A stretch of DNA of 64,000 nt, from NCBI GenBank assembly GCA_963790025.1, contig CAWBMP010000003.1, forward strand, positions 1 to 64,000, in the 5' to 3' direction. The notes below the pieces were generated by a model. That model worked only from the letters and a program-made list of their open reading frames with translations. It did not search any database and was not told where the DNA came from. Shown piece by piece: positions 41,745-52,228 of the stretch. A program made the translations under genes and the position numbers. The DNA comes from Nitrospirota bacterium (GTDB taxonomy: Bacteria; Nitrospirota; Thermodesulfovibrionia; Thermodesulfovibrionales; Dissulfurispiraceae). Positions within the stretch are counted from its first letter, which is position 1. The number at the start of each line of letters is the position of its first letter.

Positions 41745-42437
41745 ATGCTCTTAATACTTTTTTTAATAGGTTTTATATTTGTTCCTTCTTTTGCTTTTGC
41801 GTGGGGGCCGCTTACCCACATGTATCTCGCAAATGAACTTTATTCCTATGCGCCGCTTATTCCAGCAGGCATCCTGGCTGTAATAAAGAAATATAAACAG
41901 GATTTTCTTTATGGGAACCTGATGGCGGACATGATTTTAGGAAAAAAATATCTTCCTGAAGATAAAAGTTCTCACAGCTGGGAGGTTGCCTTCAACCTCC
42001 TTGAGCAGGCAGAAAAAGGGCCTGAAAAGTCGTTTGTGTATGGTTACCTGAGCCATCTGGCAGCGGACACTGTGGCCCACGGCTTACTTACGGATGATAT
42101 GCTGAACATGGAGCATACGTGGGTCGAGCTCAAGGCAGACAGCATGATAGATAAGGATTACTGGCTTCAGTCGGTGACCTTCAGCAAGGCTGTGCAGAAG
42201 AGAAATGACCGCTTCTTGGAAGGCTCCCTCGACAGTGTTTTTTTCTCATTCAAGACCAATAAGCGTATTTATAAAGGCATGGTATTTTTATCCTTCCTCA
42301 CGCTGAATAATAAGAAGAGAAGGCGTGGCATAAACGAAAAGTATATCTGCCGGCTCCATGACGAATCAGTAGCGAGGATGCTTGACTTGATAAAAAATGG
42401 CAGAGATTCCTCTGTCATAGACATCAGCCCACTGTAA
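41745..42437 (+). CDS. Zinc-dependent phospholipase C family protein
   Basis: AWGPLTH, GYLSHLAADTVAH. Confidence 0.75.
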   Translation: MLLILFLIGFIFVPSFAFAWGPLTHMYLANELYSYAPLIPAGILAVIKKYKQDFLYGNLMADMILGKKYLPEDKSSHSWEVAFNLLEQAEKGPEKSFVYGYLSHLAADTVAHGLLTDDMLNMEHTWVELKADSMIDKDYWLQSVTFSKAVQKRNDRFLEGSLDSVFFSFKTNKRIYKGMVFLSFLTLNNKKRRRGINEKYICRLHDESVARMLDLIKNGRDSSVIDISPL

Positions 42438-42565
42438 GATCCAAGTAAAAAGTAAAAAGGTGAAAGTTAAAAGTTAAGGAAAAATGATAACCAAAAAAGA
42501 TTTATTTTCCTTTTTTACCCTCCTTTACTTCTCACTTTTTACTTTTTACTTTTTACTTGGTTTTT

Positions 42566-43801
42566 ATGTTTGATAAAAATCACCTTCTTCCTGCGGATGC
42601 GCTGGCGCTAATTATTGATGCTCTGCCGTGTAGTCTGCCGCACGCTGAAACCCTGCCTATTGAGGAGTGCTACGGTCGTGTAATTGCGTCTGATGTTGTC
42701 TCAGCTGAGGACCTTCCGGCGTTTTCCCGTTCAACAGTCGATGGATATGCGGTCCAGGCAGAGGATACGTTCGGCGCAAAAGAGAACTCACCGGCGTATG
42801 TTACCCTGAAGTATGAGGTGTTTATGGGTAATGCACCGGATTTCAAGCTTGGGAAAGGGTTTGCTGCAAAAATGCCTACAGGAGGGATGCTTCCGGTGGG
42901 GGCCGATGCAGTAGTAATGCTTGAGCATGTTCAGCCGGTCTCAGAAGATATGATAGAAATTCTCAGGTCTGCGGCGCCTGGCGATAATGTTATCCAGCTC
43001 GGTGAAGACATAAAAAAAGGGGAAAGAGTTCTGACTGCCGGCAAAATCCTCAGGGCCCAGGACATAGGTGCTCTTGCAGGTATCGGCATCACCAGTATAG
43101 AGGTTTTTAAAAAGCCGGTTCTGTCGTTCATATCTACCGGCGACGAGATCGTAAACCCTAAGAGTCCACTGTGCCTCGGGCAGGTGAGGGACATCAATTC
43201 CTTTACTTTGGCAGGACTGGCAAAGGACCACGGCGGCATACTGGTGAAGAGGGGGATATTCAGGGATGATTACCAGTTAATAAAGAAGGCAATCGAGCAG
43301 TCGTTGGTTGATTCGGACATGGTGCTTATTAGCGGTGGTACATCGGCTGGTTCAAAAGATATGACGGCGGGAATCATTAATGACATCGGCAGGCCGGGCG
43401 TGCTCTTTCACGGTGTATCTCTAAAGCCGGGAAAGCCAATGATCGGCGGGGTGGTGCATGGAAAGCCGGTTTTGGGCCTTCCTGGACATCCGGCGGCGAC
43501 AGTTGTCTGCTTCGATTTGTTCATAAAACCCCTCCTCGATAAATTACGGGGCCTCGATAGTAAAAAGGACTTTATCAGGTCTGTAAAGGCAACGATGGCA
43601 AAGAATATTGCTTCGGCCGCCGGCAGGGAGGACCACATAAGGGTATGTGTGGAGGAAAAAGAAGATAAACTCTTGGCTTTTCCCGTATTGGGGAAATCCG
43701 GACTTGTTGCTACCCTCGTGAAGGCCGATGGCGTGGTGGTTATAGCTCAATCAAAACTGGGTCTTGACACTGGAGAAGAAGTGACGGTGAAATTATTTTA
43801 A
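42566..43801 (+). CDS. moeA: Molybdopterin molybdotransferase
   Basis: RSTVDGYAV, STGDE, SGGTSAG, GLPGHP. Confidence 0.92.
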   Translation: MFDKNHLLPADALALIIDALPCSLPHAETLPIEECYGRVIASDVVSAEDLPAFSRSTVDGYAVQAEDTFGAKENSPAYVTLKYEVFMGNAPDFKLGKGFAAKMPTGGMLPVGADAVVMLEHVQPVSEDMIEILRSAAPGDNVIQLGEDIKKGERVLTAGKILRAQDIGALAGIGITSIEVFKKPVLSFISTGDEIVNPKSPLCLGQVRDINSFTLAGLAKDHGGILVKRGIFRDDYQLIKKAIEQSLVDSDMVLISGGTSAGSKDMTAGIINDIGRPGVLFHGVSLKPGKPMIGGVVHGKPVLGLPGHPAATVVCFDLFIKPLLDKLRGLDSKKDFIRSVKATMAKNIASAAGREDHIRVCVEEKEDKLLAFPVLGKSGLVATLVKADGVVVIAQSKLGLDTGEEVTVKLF

Positions 43802-43816
43802 GATGAGGGGCGTTCC

Positions 43817-44905
43817 ATGGAAATAGCGATTAAAAATATTTTCGATAAAATAGGCTGTTCCGTGAACCTTATGGAGGTTTGCGGTACTCATACGGTGGCC
43901 ATATTCAAGCATGGCATTCGAAGTCTTTTGCCGAAAGGTCTCAGATTGCTGAGTGGTCCCGGTTGTCCTGTATGCGTAACGTCAATCATGGATGTTGATA
44001 AGGCCGTTGCCATGTCTAAACATGAAGACGTAATTTTCATGACTTTTGGCGATATGATACGTGTGCCCGGCGGACAACAATCTCTGGCGGATGCAAAGGC
44101 GGAAGGAGCTGATGTCAGGATAGTGTATTCTCCTCTGGATTGCCTGAAAATAGCAAAAGAGAATGCTAATAAAAAGGTAATATTCTTTTCCGCCGGTTTT
44201 GAAACTACATCTCCTTCCGGGGCGGCAACGCTGTTTGAGGCTGAGCGTCAAGGCATCAATAATTTCTCGTTATTCTCCGTGAACAAGCTGGTACCACCGG
44301 CGCTGGAGGCGCTTCTCGCGCCCCAGAAGTCTTCGACTTCCGGGGACCCCATGCATTCGGATGAGGTGAAAATAGACGGCTTTCTGTTGCCGGGACATGT
44401 GAGCGCGATCATTGGAAGCAAGGTATATAATTTCATACCTGAAAAGTATAGTATACCTTGTGTAATAACGGGATTTGGCGCTCAGGATATCCTTGCCGGT
44501 ATTTTGATGCTTTTGAAACAAATTGCTGAAGAAAGGGCCACAGTTGAAATTCAATATAGAAGCGTAGTTACTGAAGAAGGAAATAAAAAGGCTGTTGAAT
44601 TCATTAATGAATTTTTCGAGCCCTGTGACAGCTATTGGAGAGGGATAGGGCTCTTGCCTGGAAGCGGCTTAAAGCTGAAAGAGAAATGGCGGCATAGGGA
44701 TGCAGAGCGGCTGTTTAACCTGAAAGTTCCCTATGTGCCGGAACCGAAGGGATGTCTTTGCGGTTTGGTGCTGCGCGGCGTAAAAATTCCATCGGAATGC
44801 CCTCTTTTCGGCAGGGCGTGTACGCCTGAGAGGCCGGTAGGAGCATGCATGGTGAGTACTGAAGGAAGTTGTGCAGCCTACTATAGGTATAGCAATCGGG
44901 TGTAG
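43817..44905 (+). CDS. hypD: Hydrogenase maturation protein HypD
   Basis: MEVCGTHT, GPGCPVC, GFETT, PGHVS, CMVSTEGSC. Confidence 0.95.
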   Translation: MEIAIKNIFDKIGCSVNLMEVCGTHTVAIFKHGIRSLLPKGLRLLSGPGCPVCVTSIMDVDKAVAMSKHEDVIFMTFGDMIRVPGGQQSLADAKAEGADVRIVYSPLDCLKIAKENANKKVIFFSAGFETTSPSGAATLFEAERQGINNFSLFSVNKLVPPALEALLAPQKSSTSGDPMHSDEVKIDGFLLPGHVSAIIGSKVYNFIPEKYSIPCVITGFGAQDILAGILMLLKQIAEERATVEIQYRSVVTEEGNKKAVEFINEFFEPCDSYWRGIGLLPGSGLKLKEKWRHRDAERLFNLKVPYVPEPKGCLCGLVLRGVKIPSECPLFGRACTPERPVGACMVSTEGSCAAYYRYSNRV

Positions 44906-44936
44906 CATTTTCCGAATGACAGGAGGAGGTACTCAT

Positions 44937-45461
44937 ATGGAGAATAAAAGAAAATTCCCCAGGGTTGATGCAAAGTTGCCTTTTAAAGAGAGCTTAATAG
45001 ATGCGAAGTCTATAACAGATTTCTCTCCGAGAGCGGCAGAAAGTGCATTACTTGAATTTCCATCCCCTCCGTCTCATTTATATCCGGATGCTTTGACAGC
45101 CGATTGGATTAAATATTTAGACGCAAAAATTAATGCTATTGCAAATTTGCTCATGACCGCTGTCAAGACAGAAGAAGCCTTGCTGTCGAGGAATATAAAC
45201 ATTAGCGCCGGAGGCGCCGGTTTTGACACAGACAAACAATTTGAAAAAGGCGAAGTACTCGAGATGCATATTGCTTTTGACGGTCATCGCAGGTATTGTT
45301 TTTATGGTGAGATCATGTGGATAAGGCATATTTCGGAAAACAGATATCGTGTAGGAACCAATTTTCTGAATATGAGCAGGGATTTTATCGATGAGATAAA
45401 CCGTTTTGTTTTCTCAAAGCAGAGAGAAATATTAAGCCGGAAGAGATATAACCTGTCTTAA
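44937..45461 (+). CDS. PilZ domain protein
   Basis: RKFPR and NISAGG motifs; GGAGG SD. Confidence 0.75.
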   Translation: MENKRKFPRVDAKLPFKESLIDAKSITDFSPRAAESALLEFPSPPSHLYPDALTADWIKYLDAKINAIANLLMTAVKTEEALLSRNINISAGGAGFDTDKQFEKGEVLEMHIAFDGHRRYCFYGEIMWIRHISENRYRVGTNFLNMSRDFIDEINRFVFSKQREILSRKRYNLS

Positions 45462-45513
45462 TTAGAAGTTAGAGATTAGAGGCAACCTCTAACCTCCAAC
45501 CTATAATTTGACG

Positions 45514-45939
45514 CTACGCGTTGACTATCTTATAGCGGTAATCTATTTTCGCAACTCCCTCAAGGGTCGCCTTAACCGAGCAATATTTTTCCATGGATAA
45601 TTCTATCGATTTTCTGACCGCGTCCTCGGGTATATCCTTGCCGGTAATTATATATTCCAGTTCGATTCCCGTGAATTTCATGGGATATTCCTTGGCTTGG
45701 GTTCCCGTGACCTTGACTTCAACGGCGTTCACCTGTTGTCTTTTCTTCTGCAGCATAGAGGCAACATCCATACCCGTACATCCTCCGATCGCAACGAGAA
45801 GCAGTTCCATAGGCGTCATTCCCTTGCCGGCCTCCGCGTGCGAGGCGTCTGCATCCATCACAATCGCATGGTTGCTGCCTGATTCCCCCACAAACTGCAA
45901 TCCTCCCGTCCATTTTACCTTAGCCTGCATCATACCCAT
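45514..45939 (-). CDS. OsmC family protein
   Basis: PMELLL..GGCTGMDV, KYCSV. Confidence 0.88.
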   Translation of the reverse strand: MGMMQAKVKWTGGLQFVGESGSNHAIVMDADASHAEAGKGMTPMELLLVAIGGCTGMDVASMLQKKRQQVNAVEVKVTGTQAKEYPMKFTGIELEYIITGKDIPEDAVRKSIELSMEKYCSVKATLEGVAKIDYRYKIVNA

Positions 45940-45982
45940 ACGCGCCTCCCTTTAGCCTTTTTCATACTTTACCATTTAGCCT

Positions 45983-46777
45983 TTAACTTTCTTCTGTATT
46001 AGTAGTAACCTGCACTCTCTGTATTGCAGTCGCTCTGCCGCTGTTATTATCTATCTCCAGAACAACGCCGCACAGGAGTCCTATGCCGCCTGCAACATCA
46101 TATTTTCTGGGCATTTGGTTTAGAAATCTCTCGATGATCTGGTCTTTTTCGATTCCTATTACAGATGTCTCCGGTCCTGTCATACCCACATCTGTAATAT
46201 ACGCTGTGCCCTCCGGCAGAATTTTCTCGTCAGCTGTCTGCACATGGGTGTGAGTCCCGACAAAAGCACTGACTTTGCCGTCCAGGAAGTAGCCCAAAGC
46301 TGTTTTTTCCGATGTCGCTTCCGCATGCATATCAACAACTATCATATTTGTTTCTGCTGAAAGCCGCTCAACTTCAGGCAATATTGTTCTGAACGGACAA
46401 TTAAGAATGTTCATGAAAACCCTGCCGGATACATTGATTACTGCTATTTTCTCTTTGCCGGGAAGTGTAAAGACAATACTGCCGGCCCCGGGTACGCCGG
46501 AAGGGTAATTGATGGGTCTCAATAATCTGTATTCTTTGGTTATATATGGAATAGCTTCTTTTTTGTCCCAAACGTGATTACCGGTAGTTATAACATGAAC
46601 GCCGCTGGCAAAAAGCTCCGCAGCTGTTTTTTCAGTTATTCCGAAACCGCCTGCCGCATTCTCGCCATTGGCAATAACAAAGTCCAATTTATATTTCTGT
46701 GCAAGGCCGGGCAAAAGCGCCTTGACAGTCTGCCTGCCGATCTTGCCGACAATATCCCCGATAAATAGAACGTTCAT
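45983..46777 (-). CDS. ymdB: YmdB-like metallophosphoesterase (TIGR00282)
   Basis: IGDIVG, NGEN, GNH, HAEATSEK, GTHTH. Confidence 0.9.
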   Translation of the reverse strand: MNVLFIGDIVGKIGRQTVKALLPGLAQKYKLDFVIANGENAAGGFGITEKTAAELFASGVHVITTGNHVWDKKEAIPYITKEYRLLRPINYPSGVPGAGSIVFTLPGKEKIAVINVSGRVFMNILNCPFRTILPEVERLSAETNMIVVDMHAEATSEKTALGYFLDGKVSAFVGTHTHVQTADEKILPEGTAYITDVGMTGPETSVIGIEKDQIIERFLNQMPRKYDVAGGIGLLCGVVLEIDNNSGRATAIQRVQVTTNTEES

Positions 46778-46881
46778 ATCAAAGTCAGGTTAAGGTAAAG
46801 GTATAGGTTGAGATAACGGCAAAAAAGTTTAATTCATTCTTTTCACTTAGCCTTAACCTTTGCCTCAACCTTGTCTTTTTT

Positions 46882-48447
46882 TTATTTCGCATAGTCCACA
46901 TAACGGGCTTCCCGTATAACGGTAACTTTTATCTGGCCCGGATATGTCATCTCCGCCTCGATTTTTCGGGCAAGCTCTTTAGACACAACTGAGCACATAG
47001 CATCATCCATATCGTCAGGCTTTACTATAATTCTGATTTCCCTTCCCGCTTGAATTGCATAACATTTCTCGACGCCGTTAAATGACATGGCAAGCTCTTC
47101 GAGCTTCTCAAGCCGCTTTAAGTAGTTCTCTATACTCTCTCTTCTCACCCCCGGGCGCGCCGCAGACAGGGCGTCTCCGGCTGCTACGAGAGCAGATTCA
47201 ACAGAAGTAAACTCGTATTCTCCATGATGCGCCTGAATAGCGTTTATTATCTTGTCGTTTTCACCGTATTTTTTTGAAATCGCCGCTCCAATCTCCTGGT
47301 GCGAGCCCTCTATTTCGTGGTCGACTGCCTTCCCTATATCATGCAGCAGGCCGCCGCGCTTTGCAAGTTTTACATCTACACCCAGTTCTCCAGCCATCAT
47401 GCCTGCCAGGTAGGCGACCTCTTTTGAGTGCTGGAGAATGTTCTGGCCATATGACGACCGGTATTTTAAACGTCCTATCGTCTTAATGAGTTCAGGATGT
47501 ATCCCGGAGATGCCGAGATCGAAGACCGCTTTTTCCCCCTCTTCCCTAATCGTTATTTCAATTTCTTTCTTGACCTTTTCCACCAGTTCCTCGATCCTGG
47601 CAGGGTGAATTCTGCCATCGTTTACAAGGCGTTCGAGCGCCACTCTTGCAATCTCTCGCCTTACGGGATCATGGGCAGAAAGAGTTACAAGTTCAGGCGT
47701 GTCATCGATTATGATGTCGACTCCCGTAGCCGCTTCAAAGGTCCTGATATTCCTGCCTTCCCTGCCGATAATTCTCCCTTTCATCTCATCATTGGGCAGG
47801 CTCACCGCAGAGACTGTCGCATCGACAACATAATCGCTGGCATATCTCTGCACCGCGAAGCTTATTATCTCCTTGGATTTCTTCTCTGCCGACTCTCTTA
47901 CTTCATCCTCAATCCTCTTTGCCAGTTTGGCGGCTTCAAATTTGGACTCCTCTTCAACCCTTCTCAGAAGTTCTCTTTTCGCTTCTTCAGCTGTACTACC
48001 GGCTATTTTCTCCAGTACCTGGGTCTGTTCCCTTATAAGCTGTGCAGATTCGTTCTCTTTTTCTATCAATGAGCGTTCTCTTGTGGCATATTCCTTTTCC
48101 TTTTTGTTCAGCTCGGATTCCCTTTTTTCCTGCTGGTCAATCTTTTTTTCCAGCTGTTCCTCTTTTTGCCGCAGCCGCCTGTCAAGCTGATTGAGTTCTT
48201 TCGTCCGCTCACGAATCTCTTTTTCCGCTTCAATCTTTGCCTGGTAGGCCTGGTCTTTTGCGGCAATAACTGCCTCTTTTTTAATTGCGTCTACTTCGCG
48301 TTTAGCATCTTCAAGCAAATGCTCCTGCTTTCTTCTTATCGATTCGTTATTGGATTTAAGGGTGCTCCTGTAAATGGCGAAAAAAAGCATGCCGCTCGCG
48401 ATTCCTACTGCGATAGCGATCAGAATATAGACCACGGTATTGCTCAT
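46882..48447 (-). CDS. rny: Ribonuclease Y
   Basis: N-terminal TM, coiled coil, [23 protein letters not shown]. Confidence 0.96.
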   Translation of the reverse strand: MSNTVVYILIAIAVGIASGMLFFAIYRSTLKSNNESIRRKQEHLLEDAKREVDAIKKEAVIAAKDQAYQAKIEAEKEIRERTKELNQLDRRLRQKEEQLEKKIDQQEKRESELNKKEKEYATRERSLIEKENESAQLIREQTQVLEKIAGSTAEEAKRELLRRVEEESKFEAAKLAKRIEDEVRESAEKKSKEIISFAVQRYASDYVVDATVSAVSLPNDEMKGRIIGREGRNIRTFEAATGVDIIIDDTPELVTLSAHDPVRREIARVALERLVNDGRIHPARIEELVEKVKKEIEITIREEGEKAVFDLGISGIHPELIKTIGRLKYRSSYGQNILQHSKEVAYLAGMMAGELGVDVKLAKRGGLLHDIGKAVDHEIEGSHQEIGAAISKKYGENDKIINAIQAHHGEYEFTSVESALVAAGDALSAARPGVRRESIENYLKRLEKLEELAMSFNGVEKCYAIQAGREIRIIVKPDDMDDAMCSVVSKELARKIEAEMTYPGQIKVTVIREARYVDYAK

Positions 48448-48887
48448 CGGGCAGTCCTCCTGTAATATTTATTGCAACCCAGCCATCAAAGAATAGCGGC
48501 CCGATTGCATAAAACTACCAGGGGAAGATATGGATAGCAGTGGCGCGGAAAATTAAAAACTGCGCGGGATCCCCAAAAAGTTTGTGGATCTTTGGGGCCA
48601 CGTAGTTACAAGAGTCAGGACGTGATTATTACGCAATGCATTGCATGTTCAATACATAGAAATGAACACATCTGTGTATTGTAAACCCTGTCACACTCGT
48701 ATGAGAGCATCCTGACTCCTTTATCTTCAAAACATCAATGGCGCTATCCAAACGTCCCCATTAGTAATTACCACCACAGGATACGTCGGTGACCCCGGAA
48801 AGTCTGCTTTTTGTGGTCGCCCATTCAGTACAGACTAAGAAGTATTCCATGCTGGTAATTACTAATGTACAAAATCAGCTATATAAA

Positions 48888-49063
48888 ACCCACCCTGTCG
48901 TGTAGGCTGAGATTAGATCCCTCTCCTTAAAAAGTGGGTGCCTTGAAAGTAGCTTAGGCTCTCTCCGCCATGGAAGATATGCACACCGTTTACTTTACGT
49001 CAGCTCCCGAAAGATCTAATTTGCGAGATCAACATTCTCCCCTAATCACTGAACAGGGCAGGT
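48888..49063 (-). ncRNA. ssrS: 6S RNA
   Basis: About 176-nt rod closed by ACCTGCCCTGT/ACAGGGTGGGT; GGGAGC, CGGTGTGCATAT, GGCACCCAC segments; usual position upstream of rny-ymdB. Confidence 0.8.
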
Positions 49064-49157
49064 ATATAATCCCTCTTAGTTATTAAAGCAGAAAATACAG
49101 TATATAAGCAACTAAAATCGTAGGCAGTACGCCTTATATGCTTGAATAAGGGGGAAC

Positions 49158-49889
49158 GTGCGTGTTATCATCTTTCCAATGACGGTACTCCTTGTTCTGG
49201 CACTGGTTTTATTTTCGGCTTTTGATTCCCATGCCGATATCTATAAACAGATCTCGGAAGACGGAGTTGTTGTGTTCTCCAACTCAGCTTTAGGTGCTCA
49301 CAGCAAGATGGTAGTCAGAGAAAAGAATATACTGCGGGAAAGTACTAAAGAGCTTAATCGGGACCAGGGGGCCATGCGTGCAGCTGTCGAAGAAAAGGCT
49401 AGGCAGCATAATATCGATCCCCAGCTCGTCAATGCAGTAATCAGGGCGGAATCGAATTGGGACCCTGGTGCAATATCACCAAAAGGGGCCCTTGGCCTCA
49501 TGCAACTTATGCCATCCACTGCCGCGCTTTTGGGTGTGGCAAACCCTTTCGATCCCATGGAGAACATTGACGGAGGGGTACGGTATATGAGTCACCTGAT
49601 CGGGCGGTTCAATGGCAATCTTGTTCTGGCGCTCGCAGCTTACAATGCCGGACCGAAGTTGGTAGAGAAGAAAGGCATGGTCCCGTCTATTCCTGAGACA
49701 GTGGCTTATGTTAAGAGGGTCATGCGCTATTATAACGGCGGAGATGTAGCGGCCTTAAATGTAAATACTCAGGAAATACAAAGAGAAGTGAAGAAAGAAT
49801 TCAACAGGATGAAGAAAGTTATTTTAGAAGACGGCACATTGCTTTTTACCAACATGCATAAATATAGCAGCATTGCCGAATCCAACTGA
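49158..49889 (+). CDS. Lytic transglycosylase (DUF4124-like + SLT)
   Basis: AES, GLMQLMP, LAAYNAG. Confidence 0.9.
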   Translation: MRVIIFPMTVLLVLALVLFSAFDSHADIYKQISEDGVVVFSNSALGAHSKMVVREKNILRESTKELNRDQGAMRAAVEEKARQHNIDPQLVNAVIRAESNWDPGAISPKGALGLMQLMPSTAALLGVANPFDPMENIDGGVRYMSHLIGRFNGNLVLALAAYNAGPKLVEKKGMVPSIPETVAYVKRVMRYYNGGDVAALNVNTQEIQREVKKEFNRMKKVILEDGTLLFTNMHKYSSIAESN

Positions 49890-49906
49890 TAGAGATAAAA
49901 GACAGC

Positions 49907-50893
49907 ATGTCCCCGGACCTTCAGGCAACAAGAGAAGAAATACTCGAACTGAAACAGAGAAGAAAGGCCGTAATTCTCGCTCACAATTACCAGAGAGACG
50001 AGGTGCAGGACATTGCTGATTTTGTCGGCGACTCATTGGAACTTTCCCGGAACGCGGCGTCAATGGATTGCGAGGTCATTGTTTTTTGCGGCGTCGATTT
50101 TATGGCCGAGAGCGCCTCTATACTATCTCCTGATAAAACGGTGCTCCTTTCCGAGATAGACGCCTCCTGCCCTATGGCGGAGATGATCCAGGTGGAGGTG
50201 CCGAGGTCCGTGAGGCCGGCATATCCCGGATACGAGGTGCAGCCAACATTTGTTTTCCCACATGATTTTACCCTCAGGGACATTAAGGCAAAATATCCTG
50301 GCGTGCCTGTTGTTGCCTACGTGAATACTAGTGCAGAGGTCAAGGCTGAGAGCGACATTTGCTGTACCTCGGCAAATGTTGTAAAAGTCATTGAATCGCT
50401 GCCAGATGAAAGGGTCATTTGTGTCCCTGACAGGAATCTTTCGATGTGGGCCGCAAAGAATACAGGCAAACAGATAATTGCATGGGACGGATTCTGTCAT
50501 GTCCACGACAGAGTAACGAGGGGCGATGTTGAAAGGGCGCGAAAGGCCCATCCTGCGGCCCTTTTGATGGCCCATCCAGAATGCAGGCTTGAGGTATTGG
50601 AGATAGCCGATCACGTGACCAGCACATCCGGGATGCTGAGGTTTGCACGGTCTTCTGATGCTGGGGAATTTATCGTGGGGACAGAACTCGGGATCATGCA
50701 CCGGATGAAAAAGGAGAATGCCGCTAAGATTTTCCACCCGCTCAGAACTGATATGATCTGTCCGAACATGAAAAAAACTACTTTAAACAGTGTGTTGCGA
50801 GCACTCAAGGAAAACACATACGTCGTCAAAGTCCCCGAAGAAATCAGAGTCAGGGCCAAGCGCGCCCTTGACAGAATGCTAGAAATAAAATGA
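49907..50893 (+). CDS. nadA: Quinolinate synthase
   Basis: AHNYQ, CGVDFMAE, YVNT, AHPEC, CPNM. Confidence 0.94.
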   Translation: MSPDLQATREEILELKQRRKAVILAHNYQRDEVQDIADFVGDSLELSRNAASMDCEVIVFCGVDFMAESASILSPDKTVLLSEIDASCPMAEMIQVEVPRSVRPAYPGYEVQPTFVFPHDFTLRDIKAKYPGVPVVAYVNTSAEVKAESDICCTSANVVKVIESLPDERVICVPDRNLSMWAAKNTGKQIIAWDGFCHVHDRVTRGDVERARKAHPAALLMAHPECRLEVLEIADHVTSTSGMLRFARSSDAGEFIVGTELGIMHRMKKENAAKIFHPLRTDMICPNMKKTTLNSVLRALKENTYVVKVPEEIRVRAKRALDRMLEIK

Positions 50894-50903
50894 CGTGACA
50901 ATC

Positions 50904-51093
50904 AGAAGTGTAATGAAGTATATGTCTCTTACGCTCAGACGCTGCGTCTTGACAGTTCTAACGGCTCGTTCGCTACAGGCTCAAAATTCGGCCCTTCCGG
51001 CTTCAGTTTCGCGCCTGCTTAACGCTCACTCGCCGAGAACTGTTGCCAAGACTCCGCGATTCGCTCCAGAAACATATACTTCACTACACTTCT
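50904..51093. repeat. 190-bp palindromic (MITE-like) element
   Basis: 26-bp arms with 24/26 match, plus inner stems. Confidence 0.75.
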
Positions 51094-51106
51094 TACTCAA
51101 TAACCT

Positions 51107-52228
51107 ATGTCAGTCTTGAAACAGAAAATTATCGAGAAGATCAAAGCGGAAGGTCCTATCAGTTTTGAGACCTTCATGTCCCTTGCCCTTTACGATCGCG
51201 AGTTTGGTTATTACGCCAGACCCTCTGCAACCATAGGCAGGGCAGGAGATTTTTACACGAGTCCGCACCTCCACAGGATTTTTGCTATGATGATCGGCAG
51301 GCAGATGGAGGAGATGTGGGGAATTATGGGAAGACCGGAAAGGTTCCACGTTGTGGAAATGGGCGCCGGTATGGGATATCTTGCAAAAGACATGATGGCC
51401 TATATCGTCACGAAAGAACTGTTTGAGCATATAGACTATACTATCATCGAGATTAATCCGGTTATCCGCGAAAGGCAGAAAACACTGTTGAGCGAATACG
51501 CCTCGAAAATACGTTGGGTGTCAGGTCTCGGCGATATCGGTACAATAGCAGGATGCTTTCTCTCAAATGAATTGCTCGATGCACTCCCGGCTCATCTCGT
51601 TGTGATGAGGGATGAACTGAAGGAGGTTTTTGTGTCCCTGCCGGACGTGCAGGACAGCGCACTTTCTGAAATCGAAATTGCCGCCAATAACGCTGTCGCG
51701 GCATATTTGCGGGAATTTGCCATAGACCTCCCCGCAGGATATAGGACTGAAATCAATTTAAAGATAAAGGATTTGCTTGGGGAAGTATCTAATAAGCTCG
51801 AAAAAGGATTTATCCTGACAATAGATTACGGCTATTCATCTGCTGAATACTACGACGGCGAAAGAAACGGCGGCACACTCCTTTGCTACTATAAGCACGA
51901 GGTCAATGAAGATCCTTATCAGCATATAGGAGAGCAGGACATTACAGCTCATATAAACTTTACTGCTGTCAAGAAGTGGGGAGAAGAATTGGGGCTGAGG
52001 ACTGACGGCTACTGTCCGCAGGGGACCTACCTGGTGTCCCTCGGCATCGATGAGGCGATTACGGAATTGTACGGCGACTCCCCCGATCTGTCAGAGACGG
52101 CCAAAATAAAAGGCCTGATTTTCCCGCAGGGAATGGGATATTCACATCAGGTAATGGTGCAGAGCAAAGGTATCGAGGCGGTGACCCTGCGCGGGTTTAC
52201 GCTGAGGAACCACGCGGGAAGACTTTAA
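51107..52228 (+). CDS. SAM-dependent methyltransferase (MidA/NDUFAF7 family)
   Basis: GDFYTSP, EMGAGMG, SNELLDALP, DITAH. Confidence 0.88.
   Translation: MSVLKQKIIEKIKAEGPISFETFMSLALYDREFGYYARPSATIGRAGDFYTSPHLHRIFAMMIGRQMEEMWGIMGRPERFHVVEMGAGMGYLAKDMMAYIVTKELFEHIDYTIIEINPVIRERQKTLLSEYASKIRWVSGLGDIGTIAGCFLSNELLDALPAHLVVMRDELKEVFVSLPDVQDSALSEIEIAANNAVAAYLREFAIDLPAGYRTEINLKIKDLLGEVSNKLEKGFILTIDYGYSSAEYYDGERNGGTLLCYYKHEVNEDPYQHIGEQDITAHINFTAVKKWGEELGLRTDGYCPQGTYLVSLGIDEAITELYGDSPDLSETAKIKGLIFPQGMGYSHQVMVQSKGIEAVTLRGFTLRNHAGRL

Noticed and set aside
43817..44905. Hydrogenase operon
   Set aside because: hypD stands alone, with no hypC/hypE or structural subunits nearby.
50895..51119. 74-aa ORF between nadA and the methyltransferase
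   Set aside because: Coincides with the palindromic element; no SD or motif.
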